From: Octopus sinensis
Taxonomy: Eukaryota
Assembly (NCBI RefSeq): GCF_006345805.1
Contig: NC_043021.1
Coordinates: 14,074,001 to 14,138,000 of the forward strand
DNA: 64,000 bases
Reading direction: 5' to 3'
In this document: piece after piece, positions 13,934-26,776 of the stretch
Layout: each line of letters starts with the position of its first letter
Numbering within the stretch: the stretch's first letter is position 1
Position numbers and translations under genes: made by a program
The notes under the pieces: generated by a model
What the model was told of the DNA's origin: nothing
The model's database searches: none
What the model saw: only the letters and a program-made list of their open reading frames with translations

Positions 13934-15638
13934 TATCTTCTATCATAGCTTTCAGGCCGATGAAAGCCTTGTGAGTGGATTTGGTAGACAGAAACCTAAG
14001 ACATATTTAAATGTGTGTGTGTGTGTTGTGTGTGTGTGTGTGTGTATGTGTGTGTGTGTGTGTGTATGTGTGTTTATCTATATATTCTCTTATTTGTTTC
14101 AGTCATCTGCCTTTAGTCGAAGAAATTGTAAGTCTAATACTCATTCTATTTGTTACTTTTGATGAACAGCTAAATTACAGGGACATAAACACACCAACAC
14201 CGGTTGTCAAGTGATGGTGGGGAAACAAACTCAGACACATATATACGATGGGCTTCTTTCAGTTTCCATCTACCATATCCACTCACAAGGCTTCGGTCGG
14301 CCCAAGGCTATAGTAGAAGACTCTTGCCTAAGGTGCCACACAGTGGGACTGAACCTGGAAGCATGTGGTTGGGAAGCAAGCTACTTACCACAGAGATTTG
14401 CTGTATAGACAACACTTAGTAGTGCTCAAAAGATTCAAACTTAGACTCCGATGTGCTTACAGGGGATTCATTGCATAAAGTAAAGAAAGGCTATAAGAGG
14501 GATCAAGTTGAGTGAGTATAGAGGCAGTTATGCAGGTAAACAAATTGCACATACCGCCTGGCCCCCGTGCCAGTGGCACGTAAAAGGCACAATCTGATCG
14601 TGGCCGTTGCCAGCCTCGCCTGGCCCCCGTGCTGGTGGCACGTAAAAAGCACCATCCGACCTTGGCCGTTTGCCAGTCCTGTCTGGCATGTAAAAAAGCA
14701 CCCACTACACTCATGGAGTGGTTGGCATTAGGAAGGGCATCCAGCCGTAGAAGCATTGCCAGATCAGACTGGGCCTGGTGCAGCCTCCTGGCTTCCCAGA
14801 CCCCAGTTGAACCGTCCAACCCATGCTAGCATGGAAAGCGGATGCTAACTAATGATGATGATGATGATGACATATATACATATTTTGTATTTTATACACA
14901 AACTATTATATTTAATATATATAATGTATCTAATTTGTTTATCTGCATAATTAGCCCCCCCCCCACCTTCTCTCTCTATACATGTGTGTGTGTGTAAGAA
15001 AATATTCAAGTATTGGGTATGTTCCTAGTAGTTCACCGATCCGATGAGGCATGGCTACCTGACATCATCCGTGGTATTTATGCAGTTGTCACTGAATCTA
15101 CCTGAGGAATTCCTCAGTGTTCATTGAGTATATAACAAATGATAGAGATGGAAAATGGAATTGTGAACAATAAAGTTTCTCTTATATTTCATTTTCCATC
15201 TTTATCATTTGTTTTATGTGTGTGTGTGTGTGTGTGTGCACATGCATATATAACGATACACACACACACACATATATATATATATAACACATCCATGTAT
15301 GTATATGTGTATATCTGTATATGTCTCTACCCATAGATCACATGGTAATCAGCTGACCAAAAAGCATTCCTTATTAAATATGCGTATTGGTCCAAGGTTT
15401 TGTCTCACTCTCTATCTATGTATGCTGTGTGTGTGTGTATGTCTGTGCATGTATGTATATATAAATGTATATATGATTTTGTTTTACAAATAAAAGAAAG
15501 CATGCTCAATGCTAATTCACCTGTATATACATACATGTATATATATATATAAACACACACCTACAAACTGGCTCTTTCATACACATCAACAAGTATACAT
15601 ATGACTATAGCTTGCACAAACACATACACACGCACAGA

Positions 15639-15674
<36 letters not shown>

Positions 15675-16118
15675 TAGATAGATGCAGGTATGGCTGTGCA
15701 GTTAGATGCTTGATGCCCAGCCATGTAGTTCCAGGTTCAGTCCCAGAGCCTGACAAGTGTCTTCTGCTGTAGCCTCCAGCCAACTAAAGCCTTGTGAGTA
15801 AATTTTGGTAGATAAAAACTGTAGAAAGCCTCTTACATGTGTGTATGTGTATATATATGAATGTGTGTGTGTGTATGTATATATATATTTTTTTTTTACA
15901 TATATGTGTGTGTATGTGTACGTTAACTTCATGAGCAGGCCGTTCCGTTGATTGGATCAACTGGAACCCTCATCATTGTAACCGACAGAGTGCCACTTAT
16001 GTGTGTGTGTGTGTGTTCTATGTATATATGAGTAAAGGAACATTTATGATAGTGTTTTGTTCTGTGTATCTAGAACTGCGTTTGGGTGAGTGTGATTGGG
16101 ACTGGGACTGAGAGACTC

Positions 16119-16173
<55 letters not shown>

Positions 16174-16429
16174 GAGGGGTGATGTATGCATGTGTTGGTT
16201 CAGGCAGACAAAGAATAAAAAAAAAAAAGATGAAGAGAAAGAAGAAATGGCAGTTGATGCTGAAGAGGAGGAGCCGGAAGAGAAGAATAAGCGAAAGTGC
16301 AAGTATGCGAGAATAAGGAGAAGAAAACAGAGATGAGGTGGCAAAGAAAGAAGAAAGAAAGCCGAAGGAAAGAAAGAAAGAAAGAAAGAGAGGAGGAAGA
16401 GAAACGCTGTCCCGGATAGAAAGCCAGAA

Positions 16430-16529
16430 AGATTCTTTAACCAATCAGATATGTCTCCTTTGGTGGCATCATCCGCAACCGCACCCAACCATACATGTTC
16501 ACTATGACAAACACACACACACACACACA

Positions 16530-16563
<34 letters not shown>

Positions 16564-16844
16564 AAGATGTGTAAACACACATGGTACATGCATACAGAAA
16601 CACATACACAAAGATAGACATGCACACACACACACACACACAGAGAAACACACAGATGTGCATGCAAAGACAGATGTGCGCATAAAGATACATATGCATA
16701 TAGACATACAGGTGTGCATGCAGATAGATACACAGATGTGTGCATAAATTTATGCACACACACACACATACACACACACACACACACATGCGTGCACTGA
16801 AAGATACACATACATACACAGACATGTACACAAAGATATACACT

Positions 16845-16880
<36 letters not shown>

Positions 16881-16996
16881 TACATACGTGCAGACAGAGG
16901 CACACACGTTCAAAGATGCACTCACACAGATGCATGCACAAGGATTCGCATGCACACGCACAATAATAAACACACATACACAAAAGCGCACATAAA

Positions 16997-17032
<36 letters not shown>

Positions 17033-17042
17033 GATAACATAG

Positions 17043-17078
<36 letters not shown>

Positions 17079-17400
17079 GCAGAGCTGCCATTATACAGAA
17101 ACAATATTTCAGACATCATCAATAAATGTTACATAACTGATAAGGCTGGTGTTGTGTGGAGAGATAATTCTAGAACATTATTGCACAAACGCCAATTGGG
17201 ACACACACATACTCACATACACACACACACACACACACACACATACACATGTACACACACACATATGCATAAATGTACACAAACACACATACACACACAT
17301 GCCTAAGTGTTCATATACTCACGCACACATACATATACACACATGTACACGTACATACAAATGTACACTCTCTTTCTCTCTTCCCACCTTTCTTTATTTC
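16430..17400. repeat. Large compound (CA)n/(TG)n low-complexity tract
   Basis: Interrupted dinucleotide repeats over about 1 kb. They explain all the CVCV/HTHT ORFs here. Confidence 0.95.
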
Positions 17401-17792
17401 TTTTCTTTTTCTTTCTTTCTTTCTTTCTTTGCTTCCTTCCAGAGTGTTTTAACTTTCAGAGACACATTGACCAGAGATTTAGGATTAAATATTGAGGTTC
17501 CTTTCAAGAACCCTTCTTCACCCCAAGCAATATCCAATTTTGATGAACCCAGTTACTGTCACCTCCTTCTGTTTTTGACTAGAATATGGCAAAACGTAGT
17601 GGAAAATCGAAAAATTCTCAACATCACCATCACCATCATTTAGTGTTCGCCTTCCATACTGACATGGGTTAGACAGTTTGATTGAAACACACACACACAC
17701 ACACATATATATACATATTATGGACTTTCAGTTTCTGTCTACCAAATCCATGTGATTGGGAAGCAAGCTTCTTACCATATGCTTGTGTGTGT

Positions 17793-17833
<41 letters not shown>

Positions 17834-18841
17834 CATATATATAGACATCATCATTTAATGTCCACCTTCCATGCTGACATGGGTTGTATGGTTTGACAGG
17901 AGCCGGCCAGACTTCTGTGACTATAAAATAAAATTAATGTCAGCAGCTGGGCACAATATAAACTGCATGGGCAAAATTTAGTCGTCACTAATTGTGATTG
18001 TATATGCTACAAGCACATATGTTGCTAGAAGTAAGAGTTAAACCACTTATAGTTGTGTTGAAGCACATTTATGTATACTGACAGGGTAGATAACTGTTGC
18101 ATGAATGAAGCAAAGCCGGAACACTGGACTGCACAGTTTCATCGTAATGGGAATTGTCAATTGTCAATAGGAATTGTCCAGTGTTTCTATGAAAGCATCA
18201 ATTCTCCCTGTCTATGATAGACACTCTCGTCATTTTCGACATATGAACATCTCTATGTTCAATCAACTGAATGACCTAGTCACTGAGTTAGTATGCAGTG
18301 TGTTTGTGTATTCCTCAGATGTGTGTACTCTTAACATAGTTCTTGAATAGAATTAGCATGACCCTTTGTGAAGGGACTGCACTTTTGAATGAAAGGCTTC
18401 TACAGTCTATTTAACAGGATCCTCCTAACACTTGTTTCCGTCTGTCTGGATATAACCAAAAGGCAGGCCTAGTTTGACACGAGGCTATGGTAAAACGACA
18501 TTCGCCCAAGATGTCTTGCAGTGGGATTGAATCTGGGACCCCATGGTTGTGAAGCAAACGTCTAAACCACTCAGCCATACCTACACACACACACACATAT
18601 CTGTCTACACATACATACATATATGTGTATTGGGAAAATAGGCACAAGCATAGCTGTATAGCTAAGGAGCTAGCTTTCCAGCCTCATGGTTGCTGGTTTG
18701 TTCTCACTGTGCAGCATTTTGGGCAAATGTTGTTTTCCACTATGCCCTGGAGCAGCTAATGTTCCGTGAGTGAATTTGGGAGATGGAAACTGTGTGGAAG
18801 CCCATCATATAAGTACATATATATACACACCCATATATATA

Positions 18842-19600
18842 CAGGGGTTGAACAAAATAATGGAAACACCTAACATCATGATTTTGAAATATCTATAAAA
18901 CCGTCAAAAGCTTGTTTATTTTTATGTTTTTTGATATATTATTAGTGTTTTGCTAAATTGCTGTTTCTTTTCTGAAAAAAGTAATTAAAGTTCATTGAAA
19001 TGACAGATCTATCAGACTTTCAAATTGTTGGTGCTCGTATGGCAGGCACTAGCGTAACAAAAACAGCTGAAATGTTTGGTGTACCAAGAAGTACTGTTTC
19101 AAAAGTAATGACAGCCTTTGAGAAAGAAGAAAAAAACCTCCTCATTGAAACAAAACACCAGAAGAAAACCAAAACTTTCAGATAGGGACCATCAGTCTCT
19201 TACGCAAATTGTTAGAAAGGATCATAAAAGTACAGCTCCCAAAATTACTGCAGAGCTTAATGACCACCTTGAGAAACCAGTTTCTGCAAAAACTGTTCAC
19301 CTGGGAGCTGCACAAAGCCAGATTTCACAGGGGAGCTTCAATCAGAAAACCACTACTTTCAAAAACAAACGTTTCGAAGCGTTTAGAGTGGAGTAAAATC
19401 CTACAGAATTGGTCCCTAGAGTAGTGGAAGAATGTTATTTTCTCGGATGAGTCATCCTTTACCTTATTTCCGACCACCAACCAAGTATACGTGTGGAGAC
19501 AGCCAAAAGAAGCATTTGACCCAGACTGCCTTCTGCCAACTGTTAAACATGGAGGGGGGGGGCTATATCTTGGAAATCCACCGGCCCAATTGTTTCCATA
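18842..19600 (+). mobile_element. Tc1-like transposon relic (5' TIR plus N-terminal to first-D region)
   Basis: TA|caggggttgaacaaaataatggaaacacc TIR; MTDLSDFQIVGARMAGTSVTKTAEMFGVPRSTVSKVMTAF (HTH); RKPLLSK, FSDESSF-like and KHGGG motifs in shifting frames. Truncated. Confidence 0.9.
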
Positions 19601-19749
19601 TACATATGTATATATATATATGTCATGCTAGCGGTCCCACCCATGCAAGCATGGAAGGCAGACATTAAATGATGTTGATGATGATGATATATGTATATGT
19701 ATGTATATATATCTCCGTCTTCCCTTCTCTGAATCTTTCCTTTTCCTAT

Positions 19750-19784
19750 GTTTCTGACGAAGAGGTCCACTCGAAGCGTTAAAC
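19750..19784 (+). ncRNA. Minimal type-I hammerhead ribozyme motif (CUGACGA core; A15.1 mutated to G in this copy)
   Basis: gttt-ctgacga-a-gag-gtcca-ctc-gaagcgtt-aaac: stem I gttt/aaac, stem II gag/ctc. It lies in a short repeat ending at (TA)n near 19890. Confidence 0.6.
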
Positions 19785-19883
19785 CCTCCTTCCTACCTTC
19801 CTTCCTAAGCGTCCAATAATACTATATTTGTTCCACGTCCTCGCAGTGTTGTGTTTTCTCTTTGTGTTTTCATGTTTGGATTA

Positions 19884-19923
<40 letters not shown>

Positions 19924-19924
<1 letters not shown>

Positions 19925-20791
19925 AGGATTGGTAGAAAGTAACTAAGCATTAGAAATTGCTTATAGAATTTTTAGTATCATTGAAGTTATGACAAAAACA
20001 TTTTTTAAACAGACAACACTGATGGGGATTTCTTATTGTCTTATTTCTTAGTTCCCAGATGGCCAGTTGCTTGACTGTTCCAGAGTGAGCTAAGATAGCA
20101 GCATGCTATAAAATGTGGAATGCCATTATTTTTGGTTCAGAGATGGTGGTGTGCATGATAAGGTAAGCATGCAACAGAGGCAATAAAAGGTTGTCGTGCA
20201 AAGCATGACCACGGACTCTGTGAACGATGCAAGAACAAGTGGCTGTCCAACCACATCCCGATCAGCGGAGAATGTGGCAACTTTGCAAGAAATGTTTAAT
20301 CGCAGCCCGCAAAAATTCAACACATCAAGCTGCTCGTGAAAGTGGACGAGCAAGACATACAATATGTTCAGTGTTGCATAAAGAATTGAAAAGTGGAAAC
20401 CCCATTACGTGCAGCAGGAGCTAAAACCTGATGGGATGATGCGGACCTCATGAATGGCCTCCAAGAAGTCCAGATCTCTCTGCATGAGATCTTTACCTGT
20501 GGGATTATACAAAAGAGGGATTACACAAAACCTCACACACTGGAGGACTTGGAAACATGGATTCAGGAGGTTCTCAATGACAACCCAGACAACGTCCATC
20601 AGAAGGTTGTTCATTCCATCCCTAGCCGTTTGAGGAAACTGGTTGATACCACCAGTGCTTATGTTGAAGTATGAAGATTTACTTTCATTTTCCCATGTAA
20701 TAAAGAACATGTATCATTTGTTTCAATAAATTTGTAAAAGGAATATGGATTTTATAACCAATTTTTAATGCCTACTTACTTTTCACCCAGC

Positions 20792-20794
<3 letters not shown>
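19924..20794 (+). mobile_element. Internally deleted Tc1/mariner-superfamily element (DD37D/DD41D-like)
   Basis: About 45-bp imperfect TIRs (caggattggtagaaagtaactaagcattagaaattg vs rc caggctgggtgaaaagtaagtaggcattaaaaattg) flanked by TA repeats. Peptides DSVNDARTSGCPTTSRSAENV, STHQAARESG..RHTICSVLHKELK and TKPHTLEDLETWIQEVL. Confidence 0.8.
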
Positions 20795-20829
<35 letters not shown>

Positions 20830-20834
<5 letters not shown>

Positions 20835-21300
20835 GAGAAGCTTTATGAAAATAAACAAAAGACGAAGGCAGGTGGAGTACAAACAAACAATTGTATTAGT
20901 ATGGCGCTCAGGAATATAAATAAAAAAAGTCTTTTACGTTTCGAGCCTACGCTCTTTAACAGAAAGATACACAGAAAAGAAACACGGAGAGAAACAAGGA
21001 GAGAAAAAAATGCGTGCAGAAGCTAGCGATTCAACATGGCGATCTGATTCTGGCCAGAAGTCAGAGATCAAACGTGAGACGCAAGAGCGAAAATAGGGGA
21101 GATAACAGGGTCAAATGACTTCGTCCCAACATAAGGGTGTGTGTATGAGAGTATGTGGTGCGTATGAAAAGTCTGGACGTGTGTATGTATGTATGATGTG
21201 ATGTGTAATGTCGTATGGTGTAGTGTATATATATACTGTTAGTTGTCTGTGAAATAAATAGGAAATGATTACATGTAGAGCAGCATTTCATGGAGTGTCA
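20830..21300 (-). mobile_element. Penelope-type terminal repeat fragment carrying a hammerhead motif
   Basis: Homologous to 28850-29040, 39280-39470 and 55868-56075. Contains an HHR-like motif at 20930-20967 and abuts (TA)n. Confidence 0.65.
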
Positions 21301-22380
21301 GTTTCAAATTCAACCCCATATTTATCAGCGATGTTTACCAATCTATTCGTTAATTATGCTCACAACCTCATTTATTTCTCGAGTTGATTACAACCTTTAG
21401 AAGCCATGGTCACGTCACTTGATTCTGCTCTTATTCCCCATTAGTTTCTCTTCTGCCGCCACCACCACCACCTTCACCACTGCCACCATCACCACTGTCA
21501 TCACCACCATCGCTACCGCCAGGTATTAGTTGTCTGCTCAATTATGCGTTTGACAATCGACAAGTTGTTTTCAAAGCCTCTGGTGCTTGTTTTTTTCTTA
21601 TCAGCAACATTCACAGAAGCGTGGCTGTCCTATCAAGTTGTGGTGATTGTTTAGAAACATAATAATGTGTGTGTGTGTGTGTGTCTTTGTGTGTGTCTGT
21701 TTGTGTGTAGGTGGGGCAAGTGTGTGCGTCTTGTGTGTGAGTGTGTTGTGTGGAGGGTATGTTTGTAAGCGCATGAATATGGGTGGTGTGTGAGTGTGTG
21801 TTTGTTGTCATGGGGTATGTGTGTGAGTTACGTGTGTTTGTGAATTAGTGTGAGTGTGGTGGATGTGCATGTGTGTGTGTGTGTGTGCACATGTGAGCAT
21901 TGTGAGTGTGAAAAAATGGGGGTAAATTTATCTGTATGTGTGTGTGTGTGTGTGTGTGTGTGAGTGTTAGTACATGCAAATATATCTTGGAGTTTTACAA
22001 CCGAGAAAGCTGACAAGCATTTGGAAAATTAAATTAATATTTACAAAGAACACATACCCTGACTTGTTATTTGGTGGTGGTGGTGGTAATGATGATGATT
22101 TCAAATTTTGACACACAGCCAGCAATTTTGGGGAAGGAGATCAGTCAAACCGTCCAACCCATGCCAGCATGGAAAACAGACGTTAAATGATGATGATGGG
22201 CTAATTCGATTACATTTACCCCAGTGTTCAGCTCGTACATAGTTTATTGACCCTGAAAGGATGAAAGGCAAAGTTGACCACTGCAGAATTTGAACTCAGA
22301 ATGTTAAGAGGGACAAAATGCCGTTAAACATTTTCCCCAGCATGCTCATGATTCTGCCAGCTCACCACCTTAATCTTCTA

Positions 22381-22772
22381 CTCTTTTACTTGTTTCAGTC
22401 ATTTGACTGCAGCCATGCTGGAGCACCGCCTTTAGTTGAGCAAATCGACCCCAGGACTTATTCTCTGTAAGCCTAGTACTTATTCTATCGATCTATGTTG
22501 CCGAACCTCTAAGTTACAGGGACATAAATACACCAGCATCGGTTGTCAAGCGATGTTGGGTGGACAAACACAGACGCAAACACATACACATATATATATA
22601 CATATATACGATGGGCTTCTTTCAGTCTCCATCTACCAAATCCACTCACAAGGCTTTGGTCGGCCCGAGGCTATAGTAGAAGATACTTGCCCAAGGTGTC
22701 ACACAGTGGGACTGAACCCAGAACCATGTGGTTGGTAAGCAAGCTACTTACCACACAGCCACTCCTGCGCCT
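22381..22772 (-). mobile_element. SINE family A, full length
   Basis: Reverse complement of the family A consensus from tail (ctcttttacttgtttcagtc) to head (cagccactcctgcgcct). Confidence 0.92.
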
Positions 22773-22809
22773 ATCATAATAATAATAATAATAATAATGA
22801 TAATAATAA

Positions 22810-23770
22810 TAATAATAATCCTTCCTACTGTAGTTACAAGGGTTGAAATTTGAGGGGAGAGGACAAGTCGATCACATTGACCTCAGTGTGTCACTGGTAC
22901 TTAATTTATTGACCTGAAAGGATGAAAGGCAAAGTTGACCTTGGTGGAATTTGAACTCAGAACATGAAGATGGACGAAATACTGCTAAGCATTTTGCCTG
23001 GTGTACTAACAATTCTGCCAGCTTGCTACCTCATAATAATAATAATAATAATAACAACAACAACAACAACAATAATAATGGTTTCAAATTTTTTGGCACA
23101 AAGCCAGCAGTTTTGGGGGAGGGGATAAGTTGATTGCATTGACCCCAGTACTCAACTGGTACTTATTTTATCAACCTTGAGAGCATGAAAGGCAAAGTCA
23201 GCCTTGGTGAAACTTGAACTCAGAACTCGAAGAGGAACAAAATGCCACTTACCATTTTGCGTGGCATGTTAACGATTCTACCATCTCGTTGCTTTATAAT
23301 AATAATAATCTTTTCTACTCTAGGCACAAGGCTCGAAATTTTGGTGGAGGGGGGGCAGTCAATTAGATCGACCCCAGTATGCAACTGGGACTTAATTTAT
23401 CGACCCAGAATGGATGAAAGGTAAAGTCAACCTCGACAGAATTTGAACTCAGAATGTAAAGACAGACGAAATACCACTAAGCATTTTGCTCAGTGTGCTA
23501 ACATTTCTGCCAGCTCACCGCCTTAATATTAATAATAATAATAATAACAATAAGGATTTCAAATTTTGGCACAAGGCCAGCTATTGGAGAGGAGAAATGC
23601 TAATTACATCAACCCCAGGGCTCAACTGGTACATATTTTATCGACCCTAGAAAAATGAAAGGCAAAGTTGGCCTTGGTGGAATTCGAACTTAGAACATAA
23701 AGGTCTAGAAGAAATACTGTTAAGCATTTTGCTTGACATTTAAATAATTCTGCCAGCTAATTGCCTTATA
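22810..23770 (-). mobile_element. Cluster of four same-orientation family B SINEs separated by (AAT)n
   Basis: Units at about 22820-23031, 23080-23295, 23310-23523 and 23556-23767, each preceded on the + strand by aataataat. Another copy lies at 22100-22372. Confidence 0.88.
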
Positions 23771-25199
23771 ATAATAATAACAAGAGTACTCAAGCTGTCA
23801 TTATTCATAGAGTTATTGTTGGAAAAGTTGCTCAATGAAGGTTGATAATTAGAGGATCAGGAAGTAAATAGAAATGCCAAAATAACAGAAAAATAAGAAA
23901 ATTATACTTATCATTCCCAAAATAGTATACATGTATGATTCATTGCAGAAGGACATTGTTTCTTGTGTAAACATGAGGAGGCACTAACATACTTTGGTCT
24001 TCTGAGTTTTCAGTCTGTAATTTCAAGTGTTCCTCACCCTAATCCTAATCTTAACCCAGACACGTAGCATATTATATATATTGATAATGACACTGATTTC
24101 TGTTATTTTCCACAAGGGTAAGACTTGAAGGGACATTACATGGGGAGGATACAAAATGTATGGTGTTGGGGAAGTTAGAATGAAAGTGAAAGTGTGAGGA
24201 AAAATAATATGGAAGTGAAAGTAGACAGAGTCTGTAACATTTCTAGAAGGTTCATATAGGAGGTAGACCATCCTCTAGATCCAGTCAAGGAACCCTATAG
24301 ATCCTGTGGTACTCTGACTACCAAGGATAAATACCTTCTCCCATTTGTTATTCTCCAGCCTACAGATGCATGCTGGGAGTAAGCTCCTTTCACTCTGACC
24401 TATTATTTGTTAAATTTACTGGAGGACAGCACCTCCCCTTCCATTGTCACCTTCTTTTACAAGTGGGACTAGAAAAGAAATTGATGAGGAGGTGCCGATA
24501 TGATTATGTGGTTAAGAAACTCATTTTGAAACTACATAATTTCAGGTTCAGTCCCTCTGTACGGTGACTTGGACAAATGTTTTCAAATATAGCTACAAGC
24601 TGACCAATATCCTGTGAGTGAATTTTGGAGGTAGAAACTGTATGGAACCCCATTATTAATGAGTCATTAATATATATATGTATATGTATATATCAATGTT
24701 GGTTTGTTTATATCCCTGTAACCTAGCAGTTTGGCAAAAGAAACATTTAGGTTAAGTATATCAGGCTTAAAAAATAAACCTTAGGGTCAATTTGTTCAAC
24801 CAAACACTTCAAGGCAGTGCTCCAACATGGTTATGTTTCAGCAACTGAAATAAGTGAAAAAAAAAGGATTTAACTAAAAAGATACATATCTGTCCTTCAT
24901 TTGTTTCTGTCCCATTCACCACAGAAACCAAATGCCTGTTATCATCAAAGGAAAGCAGCAGCATGATTTTCACAATGGATGCCTGTGCCACTTGACTGGC
25001 TCCGTGCTGGTGACATTGTAAAAAGCACCCACTACACTCTCGGAGTGGTTGGCATTAGGAAGGGCATCCAGCTGTAGAAACCTTGCCAGATCAAACTGGA
25101 GCCTGGTGCAGCCTCCTGGCTTGCCACTCCTCGGTCACAATACTAACCTTTATGCTCAGCAACTGCAGTGAGTGTATGATGCTTTGAAAGCCCAACACC

Positions 25200-25590
25200 T
25201 GGCACTGGTTAATCGAAAAGACACACACTCCTACAGCATGGCAATGCTATAGTACACACTACCGGTGTAACCAAACACAAACTTCATGCGGTGGAAGTGC
25301 TGTCTCACCCTGCCTACTGTCCAGACTTTGCACCATGAGGCTACTACCTTTCCTGAACCATGGCTCATTTCCTGCACAGACGGAAGTTCAACAATGAGGA
25401 TGAGATTAAAAACAAGTGCAGGGAGCTTTTTGCCTGTAAACCAGCCTAACGGTGTGAATGTAAAATTGAGCTTCTGGTACAAACATGGCAACAGATGACA
25501 GAATATGTTGGGACATATTTTGATGAATAGATGATTGTGTCATATGTAATTTGTTTGGACTCTTAGTTAAAACTTGAAATACAAAAAAAC
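25200..25590 (+). mobile_element. Mariner transposase C-terminal relic
   Basis: gtggaagtgctgtctcaccctgcctactgtccagactttgcaccatga encodes VEVLSHPAYCPDFAP*, a degenerate EVLPHPPYSPDLAPSD motif. Confidence 0.7.
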
Positions 25591-25630
25591 TTTTGACTGG
25601 TATATATATGTCACCATCATCATCATTTAA

Positions 25631-25850
25631 CCCATTTGATACCAACTTGGCTGAAACTGGCTCTGACTCTGAGTACAAATGTCTTGTTTTCATAAGTTTT
25701 GAATTAAAATCCTCCACCAAACCTTAGTCACAATTTATGTTCCTAACACTAGCTTAATGATAACGAAGTTATTTTACTAAATTCTTTGTTATATTTAAAG
25801 TAATTGAAAGAATCAGAGAGCATCTCAAAATAAATACAATAATGAAAGGG
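25631..25850. mobile_element. TTAA-flanked piggyBac-like MITE, second family (220 bp)
   Basis: TTAA|CCCATT...AAAGGG|TTAA; the interior is unrelated to the 8845 family. Confidence 0.7.
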
Positions 25851-26720
25851 TTAACATTCATTTTCTATACTGGCATAGGCTGGATAGCTTGACAGTAACT
25901 GGTAAGTCGAGGGGTCACACCAGGTTCCATAGTCTGTTTTGGCTTGGTTTTTACATCTGAATGCCCTGCCTAATGGCAATCACTCCACAAAGTGTACTAA
26001 GTACTTTTTATGTGGTACCATCTCAGGTGGTTTTTAAGTAGCATCAACACTAGTGCTTTTTACATGGCTCCTAAAAAGTACTGGTATTAGTGTCACTTAA
26101 AAAGCACCTATGATGGTGTCACATATATATATGTGTGTGTGTGTACACATACACATAACAAGCTTTTGCCCAGTTTCTTTCTACCAAGTTCACTCAAAAG
26201 GTATTGATTGAGGCTATAGTAGTGAGTGTGTTTGTGTCTACTCTTGTCTTGACATCACATCATGGTTGTAAATGAGCATCACTGTCATACAGGTGAGGTT
26301 GTTCATTTTCCAGCCTTCTGTGGGAAAACATGTCAGGCCATGAGGAAAATATTAACCTTGCTTGGGAAGAAGCGAGGGTTGGTGACCGGAAGGGCACCGG
26401 AGCATAGGAAATCTGCTTCAACAAATTCTGACTGACCTATGCAAGCAAGCATGGAGAAGTGAACACCAAATGATGATGGTGGTGGTGGCGGCAGTGATTT
26501 TTGTAGCGGTAGTGGTGGAAGTGATGATGATCATCATTGGAACAAATTTTATACCAAGTGTAAGAAGAGAATCTTAGTATTTCAGAGGGAACTCTTTGTC
26601 AGAAAAAGGGAGAGTAAAGAAAGAAATGTGCTAATTAATTTCTCCTTCATTACCAGATGGCAAAATAATTTGTCTGTCTGTCTGTCTGTCAAACTCTCTG
26701 TCTGTCTGTCTTTGTCTATC

Positions 26721-26776
<56 letters not shown>

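Noticed and set aside
16018-17122. Long ORFs rich in CV, HT or YI dipeptides (also about 4135-4724, 32001-32444, 33690-34205, 46252-46681, 55102-55536)
   Set aside because: They are translations of (TG)n, (CA)n and (TA)n microsatellites with no domain content.
22436-22779. Recurrent peptides such as RWASFSLHLPNPLTRLWSARG and DGLLSVSIYQIHSQGFG in many ORFs
   Set aside because: They are antisense translations of SINE family A, not a gene family.
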